A DNA stretch of 20,000 bases from the IMG/VR virus record IMGVR_UViG_3300042691_042722; one strand, given 5' to 3'. Of the stretch, positions 14,275 to 20,000 are shown in pieces (position 1 is the stretch's first letter; every line of letters begins with the position of its first letter). Source of the stretch: an uncultured virus (IMG/VR IMGVR_UViG_3300042691_042722) (taxonomy: Duplodnaviria > Heunggongvirae > Uroviricota > Caudoviricetes). The notes beneath the pieces are model-generated. The model was not told where the DNA came from. It saw only the letters and a list, made by a program, of their open reading frames with translations, and searched no databases. The translations under genes and the position numbers were made by a program.

Positions 14275-14973
14275 ATGGCCTTTGACTATGATTTCTGTGT
14301 TATAATAACATCATACAATAGAGAGGAAAAATTAAAAAATTTATTGAATCAAATTTCGGAATATAAAGATTTAAAAATTTTTGTTTCTGTTTTTGACGAT
14401 TCAAGTTTTCCTGTATATGATATATCAGAGTTTAACGTATTTAAAATTACTTACGTCAAAAATAATGGTAAGAAAAAATTTTGGAAAATAATTTCAGATA
14501 CATACAAATTATGTAAGAATATTAATTCAAAATATTACATCTATCTTCAAGATGATGTGGTTTTGAAAGAAAATTTTTTTCAAGAAGCTGTAAGATTGTA
14601 TGAGAAAATAGAAGACCCAAAAAAAATATCTTTGAATACACTTATTTTAGAAAACCAAAGAGGAAAACCAAAGTGGACAAATTTTGATCCTGAAGAATAT
14701 GATGAATATTATAAAACACAATGGACTGAATTGTTTTTTATATCTGAACGTAAATTTTTTGAGGTTTTAAATTATGAGGTGGAACCGGTAAATAATAAAA
14801 GATGGGATTCTAATCCTTACTTAAGTACCGGAGTAGGATCTCAAATCAGTGAAAGACTTTTGAAATTAGGATATAACCAATATCAAGTAAAAAATTCACT
14901 GATGAAACATGGTGATCATGAATCAGTCCTATTTGGTGAATATAGGGGTGAAGAAAAATTAATTGCATTATGA
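14275..14973 (+). CDS. GT-A fold glycosyltransferase (GT2-like)
   Basis: VIITSYNRE..L..LL, VFDDSS, YLQDD and a late HGDH motif. Confidence 0.8.
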   Translation: MAFDYDFCVIITSYNREEKLKNLLNQISEYKDLKIFVSVFDDSSFPVYDISEFNVFKITYVKNNGKKKFWKIISDTYKLCKNINSKYYIYLQDDVVLKENFFQEAVRLYEKIEDPKKISLNTLILENQRGKPKWTNFDPEEYDEYYKTQWTELFFISERKFFEVLNYEVEPVNNKRWDSNPYLSTGVGSQISERLLKLGYNQYQVKNSLMKHGDHESVLFGEYRGEEKLIAL

Positions 14974-15578
14974 TAATAACATTTTATAACGAAATTATAT
15001 CGCAACACGTGGTTGATTTGCAAAAAAAAGTTTTTGAAAAGTTTAGGTTGGAGATCAACCAAATCAAACCTGAAACATGGATAAATCATGGAACATGTAT
15101 TGATAACTTTTTGAACGAAGTCACCAATGAAAATGAAGTGATAGTATTATTTGATATAGATAGTATTCCATTAAACGATTGGATAGTTCCTTATGCAGAA
15201 AAATGGTGCTCCGAAAATTTGGGTATTTTTTCAGTTGCACAAAAATCACCTAAATTAACTTCAACAATACTTGCGGCACCATCTTTCATGGTTTTCAGTA
15301 AAAAAACTTATGATTATTTGGGAAGACCCTCTTTCGTAGAAACTGAAAGATCTGATTGTGGTGGTGAGATGACATACGCAGCAAGAGAAAAGGGACTTGA
15401 AGTTAGGTTGTTATATCCAACCTCATCTGAGATTCCGGCATGGCATTTGGATCAATATTATGATTTTGGTTATGGAACAAATTATGAGAATAAAATTTAT
15501 CACTCATTTGAATCAAGATTCAAGAAGAAAGATTCTTACTTTATAAACAAATGTAATGAGATTCTAAATAATGGATAA
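14970..15578 (+). CDS. GT-A fold nucleotide-diphospho-sugar transferase-like protein
   Basis: VLFDIDSIPL (DxD), APSFMVF, SDCGG and IYH. ATGA coupling to the upstream gene. Confidence 0.6.
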   Translation: MIITFYNEIISQHVVDLQKKVFEKFRLEINQIKPETWINHGTCIDNFLNEVTNENEVIVLFDIDSIPLNDWIVPYAEKWCSENLGIFSVAQKSPKLTSTILAAPSFMVFSKKTYDYLGRPSFVETERSDCGGEMTYAAREKGLEVRLLYPTSSEIPAWHLDQYYDFGYGTNYENKIYHSFESRFKKKDSYFINKCNEILNNG

Positions 15579-17133
15579 AAGAATTTTCAATATAACAAGT
15601 TACAACAGACAAGTTTCTCTTTTAAGAACAATAGAATCAATTTATGATCAAGCGGATGAAATAAATGTTGTTTTGAATAACTATAATGAGATCCCTAAAG
15701 AATTATTGGATTATAAAATAAACATTTTTTTGTCTGATAATGAAAAGGGGGATGCTTATAAGTTTCTTAATTTGGAAAAAAGTTTAGGTTATTATTTTAC
15801 AATTGATGATGATCTAATATATCCAAATAACTACTCGGAATTCATGATTGATAAAGTTGAAAAATACAATAGAAATTCAATCATAACATTACATGGTAGA
15901 ACTTTTCATAAATTTCCTATTGACAGCTTTTACAAGAAAGGTAATTCATATATCAATCATTTCATTTATAGAAATGATATTGACACAAAAGTTCATTTCG
16001 GTGGAACCGGAGTTATGTGTTTTCACACAGACCTATTGAAACTTCCAATAGATTATTTTGTCTATCCGAATATGGCTGATATTTGGATTGGAAAGTACGC
16101 AATTGAAAATAAAATTGATTTGATCTGTTCAGAACATTTGGATAATTTTGTAAAACAACAACCGATTGACGGATCCATTTACGATAATTATTCTACTAAC
16201 GATTCTATCCAAACTGAAATAGTGAATGAAATATTTTCTGAAAAGAAGATTTCGGTTGTAATTCCAACTTTCAATAATATTGAATTTTTGGATGAATGTC
16301 TTGATTCTGTTTTAAGATCAATGAAAAATTTGGACGGTGAAATTTTAGTTGGTATTGATGGTTGTGAAACAACTTTGGAGTACATAACAAAAAAAGAATA
16401 TGATTTAAGAATTAAATTTTATTATTTCAAGGTTAATAGTGGTCCATATGTTGTAAAAAATTCTTTATCTCAAATATCTAAATCTGAAATAATTCTTTTT
16501 TTTGATTCTGATGATATAATGGAAGAGGGATTTATTGATGAGTTAATAACTGATGGTCCTTATTATGATTTTTGTAAACCAAAGATGATAAATTTTAATA
16601 ATGGTAGTAGTATCAATAAAAATGGTAAGGGAGAATTTGGTGAAGGTATTTTAGCGATCAAAAAAAGTATTTTTCTAAGTTTGAATGGTTTTGAACCTTG
16701 GAGATGTGCTGCGGACAGCGAATTCATATCAAGATTATATAAAAATAATTATACCTTTAAAGGAACAAATACCGTCCGTATGTTCAGAAGAATACATCCG
16801 GAAAGTATAACTATGAAATCAGAAACCTCATATTATTCAAAACAAAGAAGGAGATATGTTGAATTAATGAATAGTAAAACTTATTTTGGTCCATTGGACA
16901 AATTACACACTGAGATCTTCTATAAAATACCAAACCAATCCAAAATAAAAAACAATACAAACTATAATACAATTCCACATCAACCTACAGTCACAACTCA
17001 GAGACAAATATTACTTTCAATATTGGAAAATAAAAAAGTTTCAACTAATACAACCCCAGGTCTTTTACAACAGAAAAGGGAGAAAATCAATACTTTGAAT
17101 AGGTTTACACCGCCTAAAAGAAAAAAGAAATAA
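15571..17133 (+). CDS. Tandem two-domain GT-A glycosyltransferase with low-complexity basic tail
   Basis: Domain 1: TSYNR, KGDAYKF, TIDDDLIYP, GGTGVMCF, MADIW. Domain 2 (GT2): ISVVIPTFN...CLDSV, GIDGC, NSGPY, FFDSDD, LNGF..AADSEF, RRIH. Confidence 0.85.
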   Translation: MDKRIFNITSYNRQVSLLRTIESIYDQADEINVVLNNYNEIPKELLDYKINIFLSDNEKGDAYKFLNLEKSLGYYFTIDDDLIYPNNYSEFMIDKVEKYNRNSIITLHGRTFHKFPIDSFYKKGNSYINHFIYRNDIDTKVHFGGTGVMCFHTDLLKLPIDYFVYPNMADIWIGKYAIENKIDLICSEHLDNFVKQQPIDGSIYDNYSTNDSIQTEIVNEIFSEKKISVVIPTFNNIEFLDECLDSVLRSMKNLDGEILVGIDGCETTLEYITKKEYDLRIKFYYFKVNSGPYVVKNSLSQISKSEIILFFDSDDIMEEGFIDELITDGPYYDFCKPKMINFNNGSSINKNGKGEFGEGILAIKKSIFLSLNGFEPWRCAADSEFISRLYKNNYTFKGTNTVRMFRRIHPESITMKSETSYYSKQRRRYVELMNSKTYFGPLDKLHTEIFYKIPNQSKIKNNTNYNTIPHQPTVTTQRQILLSILENKKVSTNTTPGLLQQKREKINTLNRFTPPKRKKK

Positions 17134-17165
17134 TTTGTTTATTTCATAAAATTGATCTATTTTTG
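17134..17165 (+). promoter_or_regulatory. Bacteroidota sigmaA-type promoter
   Basis: TTTG at 17134-17137, a 20-nt spacer and TATTTTTG at 17158-17165, upstream of the small-gene cluster. Confidence 0.6.
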
Positions 17166-17189
17166 TGCTCAATCATTAAAATTAGATAT

Positions 17190-17471
17190 ATGGAATACAC
17201 ATTGAAGTTTTTACTTGTTATGGTAACATTGTTTGTCGCTGATGTATTTTGGGCTTTATATTTTCTTAAAATACAGGAGAAAAATCCACTAATGTCCGGA
17301 ATCTATGGATCTGTGATTTATTTATTGGGAGCGGTGGCGGTAACACAATACACAGAAGATAAAAGCTTCATAATTGCCGCGGTAATTGGAGCTTTTCTTG
17401 GAACCTACGTAACTGTTGAATGGAAAAGAAGAAAAGAAAATAAAATAAATAAAAATGAATCATCAAGGTAA
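17190..17471 (+). CDS. Small three-TM membrane protein
   Basis: ATG 17190 (MEYTLKFLLVMVTLFV...). Three hydrophobic helices, ending AVIGAFLGTYVTV plus a basic tail. Confidence 0.75.
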   Translation: MEYTLKFLLVMVTLFVADVFWALYFLKIQEKNPLMSGIYGSVIYLLGAVAVTQYTEDKSFIIAAVIGAFLGTYVTVEWKRRKENKINKNESSR

Positions 17472-17580
17472 AAGACCAAATCAGGTTAAGTTCAGTGAAG
17501 ACGCGGTTTTTTATGGTATTTTGGGTATGTTATTAGTAACTTTAGTATCTCTATTAATAAAAACATTAACTCATATCTAA
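17455..17580 (+). CDS. Small single-TM protein (41 aa), not in the ORF track
   Basis: MNHQGKRPNQVKFSEDAVFYGILGMLLVTLVSLLIKTLTHI*. It exactly fills the gap and its stop abuts ATG 17581. Confidence 0.65.
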   Translation: MNHQGKRPNQVKFSEDAVFYGILGMLLVTLVSLLIKTLTHI

Positions 17581-17769
17581 ATGACAGATATCAAAGAAAA
17601 AATCAAGGATTCACATTATCACAAATTCACCGGTGTTGCCCCTGAAGGGTTTGTTCTAATCCCGAAAGAGGTTTTGCAAAAACTTAAAATACATGATATT
17701 TGGAAAACATGGGTGGATGATGAAAAATTTTTGGAAAAAATGATAATTGATTATTGTAATAAAATTTAA
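17581..17769 (+). CDS. Small hypothetical protein
   Basis: 62-aa ORF in a tightly packed + strand array. Confidence 0.65.
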   Translation: MTDIKEKIKDSHYHKFTGVAPEGFVLIPKEVLQKLKIHDIWKTWVDDEKFLEKMIIDYCNKI

Positions 17770-17772
17770 TTT

Positions 17773-17859
17773 ATGAAAAAAGACTTGTTCCCAATTATAG
17801 TTATATTGGGATTCATAGCAATTTTAATTTTTGCCCTGTTTTTTGTCGGAGGTAAATAA
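17773..17859 (+). CDS. Hydrophobic micropeptide (28 aa), not in the ORF track
   Basis: MKKDLFPIIVILGFIAILIFALFFVGGK*. It fills the gap with 2-3 nt spacing on each side. Confidence 0.6.
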   Translation: MKKDLFPIIVILGFIAILIFALFFVGGK

Positions 17860-17861
17860 AA

Positions 17862-18269
17862 ATGGAAAAAGACGGAAAAAAGATATCAGATCTCATTGTA
17901 TGGGACAAAGAAAGAGGGTATTATGCTAGGGAGCTGACTTATGGATCTAATGTTGGGGCACCTGTAATAAAACAGGATGATGTTCAAACTTGGAGAATGA
18001 ATAAAGTTTCCGAAATAAATTCAAACTTTCAAGCAAAGTACGATGAGATAAAAAAAGACGTTGAAAAATTAATTGAAGAATATAATTGGAATGATCTTAT
18101 ATATTCCAAGGTTCAATATAATTTTCAACCCTCAATCGGAAATATTTATCATCTATACGAAAGAAAAGACTTATCTTTGTTTCTTTCTATGATATCCCCG
18201 GATAGTTGGAATCAGAAGTTTATAGCGAGTTTCCGGTTAGATTCAAACGGCAAGTGGAATAAAATTTGA
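17862..18269 (+). CDS. DUF2452-like protein
   Basis: YNFQPSIGNIYHLYERKD...FLSMISPDSW...FIASFRLDSNGKW preceded by a coiled coil. Confidence 0.65.
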   Translation: MEKDGKKISDLIVWDKERGYYARELTYGSNVGAPVIKQDDVQTWRMNKVSEINSNFQAKYDEIKKDVEKLIEEYNWNDLIYSKVQYNFQPSIGNIYHLYERKDLSLFLSMISPDSWNQKFIASFRLDSNGKWNKI

Positions 18270-18276
18270 TCTATAT

Positions 18277-18480
18277 ATGAGAAAAGTTATAGGTTTTTTA
18301 GGGTCCTATATGTTTTTTTATTTAGGCAATTGGACTTCTATTATTATGGAAAAAACAGATTGGGAATCATTATACCCACTTTACAGAGAATTTATGAATT
18401 GGTCTCTGAATCTTCAGTATTGGGCGGATTTGGACCGACCTTGGAAAGAACCAACAGAAAAAGATGATGAAAAATTTTAA
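18277..18480 (+). CDS. Small hypothetical protein
   Basis: 67-aa ORF with a hydrophobic N-terminus, Trp-rich. Confidence 0.65.
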   Translation: MRKVIGFLGSYMFFYLGNWTSIIMEKTDWESLYPLYREFMNWSLNLQYWADLDRPWKEPTEKDDEKF

Positions 18481-18513
18481 TAAAATTTTTTTATCATGGA
18501 TCAATTTTTGTTG

Positions 18514-18520
18514 TATTTAT
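18514..18520 (+). promoter_or_regulatory. Putative late motif TATTTAT
   Basis: Intergenic, 20 nt before ATG 18541. Confidence 0.45.
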
Positions 18521-18540
18521 AGTTAAATCCAAATATTTTT

Positions 18541-19608
18541 ATGAACAAATCTAAAGTCCTATTCATCCTTAAAAGGAAGGGTGACTATGACACTACCAGA
18601 GACTCGCACGTAGGTATGAGTACTGGATTGTATAATTCTGCTAGCTTCATGAGTGATATGTTAAATGAAGGTGGTATAGAATCAAAAGTGTCAGTAGTTA
18701 TTGATAATAACAGTATCGATAGAGAGGTGACAAATTATAAACCCACTCATGTTATAATTGAGGCTCTTTGGGTTGTTCCGTCCAAATTTTTGGTTCTCAC
18801 AAAACTACATCCCCAAGTTAAATGGATTATCAGATTACACAGTGAAATTCCATTTCTTGCTAACGAAGGATCGGCAATGGATTGGATCGGAGATTATATA
18901 CATTTTGAAAATGTATATGTATCACCAAACTCTCCACGTGCGGAAAAGGATTTGGAAGATTATATTAAGAATCAAACCGGATGGTCAACAAGGGAGGTCA
19001 AAAAAAAGATCATCTATCTACCAAATTATTATCCCCAAGATTATAAATCAAAACAGTTAGATAAAACTAAAGATTATATTGATGTATCTTGTTTTGGGGC
19101 TATCAGACCAATGAAAAATCATTTGATTCAAGCTATGGCGGCTGTTAAGTTTGCAAATGCGATTGGGAAAAAATTAAGATTTCATATTAATCACGGAAGG
19201 GTTGAACAGAGAGGAGATTCTGTTTATAAAAATTTGGTTAGTTATTTTTCTCACATATCAGATTCAGGTCACATGTTGGTAAGACATAATTGGTGTCCAA
19301 GGGAAGAGTTTTTGGAGATCTGTAAGACAATTGATATTGGGATGCAGGTTTCGTTTTCAGAGACATTTAATATTGTCGCGGCTGATCTAACAAGTCAGGG
19401 TGTCCCGGTTGTTTCTTCCAAAGAACTTCCTTGGATAAACAAAATATTTGCCGCAAATCCCACCAAAACAACAAGTATTTATTGGAAATTATTATTGAGT
19501 TATTGGTTTTCTAAATTCAATTTTACAACCAACCAATATTTATTAAAAAGATATACAAATAAAACTCGTAAAATCTGGCTTAAATATTTTAATCATGAAA
19601 GAAAATAA
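18541..19608 (+). CDS. GT-B fold glycosyltransferase (GT4-like)
   Basis: CFGAIRPMKNH and QVSFSETFNIVAADLTSQGVPVVSS, a variant of the GT4 E-x-F-G-x3-E motif. Confidence 0.75.
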   Translation: MNKSKVLFILKRKGDYDTTRDSHVGMSTGLYNSASFMSDMLNEGGIESKVSVVIDNNSIDREVTNYKPTHVIIEALWVVPSKFLVLTKLHPQVKWIIRLHSEIPFLANEGSAMDWIGDYIHFENVYVSPNSPRAEKDLEDYIKNQTGWSTREVKKKIIYLPNYYPQDYKSKQLDKTKDYIDVSCFGAIRPMKNHLIQAMAAVKFANAIGKKLRFHINHGRVEQRGDSVYKNLVSYFSHISDSGHMLVRHNWCPREEFLEICKTIDIGMQVSFSETFNIVAADLTSQGVPVVSSKELPWINKIFAANPTKTTSIYWKLLLSYWFSKFNFTTNQYLLKRYTNKTRKIWLKYFNHERK

Positions 19609-19852
19609 AAAAGAAGAACAAAAACGCTACAGTGTTGTAGTAATTGATTGGGTTAACGGTGCGTTAACAAAATTACAGAAATTGTTCCCTTCATTCAAAG
19701 ACGCTAAGGATTATGCTGAAGATCAGGAAGGCGAAGTAAAAATTTATGATGAAGAAAAAAAGGTGATTTTTTCTGAAAATAAAAAGGACAAAAAAGATAA
19801 GAAGGATAAAAAACCGAAAAAAGATAAAGATCGTGATGATGATTATAATTAA
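19595..19852 (+). CDS. Small hypothetical protein with KDK-repeat charged tail
   Basis: 85 aa with C-terminal KKDKKDKKDKKPKKDKDRDDD. Confidence 0.65.
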   Translation: MKENKKEEQKRYSVVVIDWVNGALTKLQKLFPSFKDAKDYAEDQEGEVKIYDEEKKVIFSENKKDKKDKKDKKPKKDKDRDDDYN

Positions 19853-19857
19853 AAATT

Positions 19858-19884
19858 AACCCGGATTATTTCCGGGTTTTTTTT
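19858..19884 (+). terminator. Rho-independent terminator
   Basis: AACCCGGA-TTATT-TCCGGGTT followed by a T run. Confidence 0.85.
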
Positions 19885-19885
19885 A

Positions 19886-19893
19886 TATATTTG
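19886..19893 (+). promoter_or_regulatory. Bacteroidota-type -7 element TAnnTTTG
   Basis: TATATTTG-TGAT-ATG. Confidence 0.55.
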
Positions 19894-19897
19894 TGAT

Positions 19898-20000
19898 ATG
19901 AAAATAATCGTTGCCGGAAGTCGTGGTTTTAACGACTATGAACTTCTTAAAGAAAAGTTAAATGAGATCATTGGTGACAAATCTGACATAGAAATTGTCT
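19898..20000 (+). CDS. YspA / SLOG-family (DUF2493-like) protein, 3'-truncated by the window edge
   Basis: MKIIVAGSRGFNDYELLKEKLNEIIGDKSDIEIV, the typical cpYpsA/SLOG N-terminus. Confidence 0.75.
   Translation, partial: MKIIVAGSRGFNDYELLKEKLNEIIGDKSDIEIV

Noticed and set aside
930..19060. Numerous antisense or alternate-frame ORFs in the track (e.g. 930-1187, 1789-1971, 2198-2602, 3735-4049, 4199-4483, 6675-7187, 7862-8203, 10628-10870, 13768-13953, 16188-16385, 18758-19060)
   Set aside because: They lie within better-supported genes, show the F/I/S/L-rich composition typical of shadow frames, and have no recognisable motifs.
19780..19830. AAAAAGGAC/AAAAAAGAT-type 9-bp repeats
   Set aside because: Explained by the low-complexity KKD coding tail.
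1..20000. Stop-codon reassignment (alternative genetic code), as seen in some large phages
   Set aside because: Genes are full length and tightly packed under code 11, recognisable enzymes are not interrupted, and TAA, TAG and TGA all appear as plausible stops.
1..20000. tRNA, rRNA, integrase/transposase or intron/intein elements
   Set aside because: Intergenic gaps are nearly all too short or AT-rich for structured RNA genes, and no such motifs were recognised.

Overview
AT-rich, gene-dense window that reads as part of a large (jumbo-type) tailed phage genome. The host is probably a Bacteroidota: the ClpP has the Bacteroidota-style N-terminal extension, several genes carry TTTG-N20-TAnnTTTG promoters, and gene starts lack Shine-Dalgarno sequences. 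No capsid, terminase or polymerase gene is present, so the phage origin is inferred. From left to right the window holds a conserved phage hypothetical (partial), an ATE1/Bpt-like aminoacyl-tRNA-protein transferase, a flavodoxin-fold protein and a metallophosphoesterase. Next is a block (about 2.7-13.4 kb) of uncharacterised proteins, including three large ones. Many share [ILV]xE-rich N-terminal leaders resembling prohead-protease-processed head cargo, and one contains an annexin-like repeat. After these come ClpP, three GT-A glycosyltransferase genes, small membrane ORFs, a DUF2452-like protein, a GT-B glycosyltransferase and a partial YspA/SLOG gene. Two upstream motifs split the genes into two classes: host-type TAnnTTTG and a phage-type TATTTAT[A/T]. 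Both often lie only 4-6 nt before the ATG, suggesting leaderless mRNAs. The most interesting candidates are a packaged or injected membrane-interacting protein set, a phage N-degron-like module (ATE/Bpt plus ClpP), and a putatively late-expressed glycosylation system. All family calls come from motif recognition by eye, not database searches.
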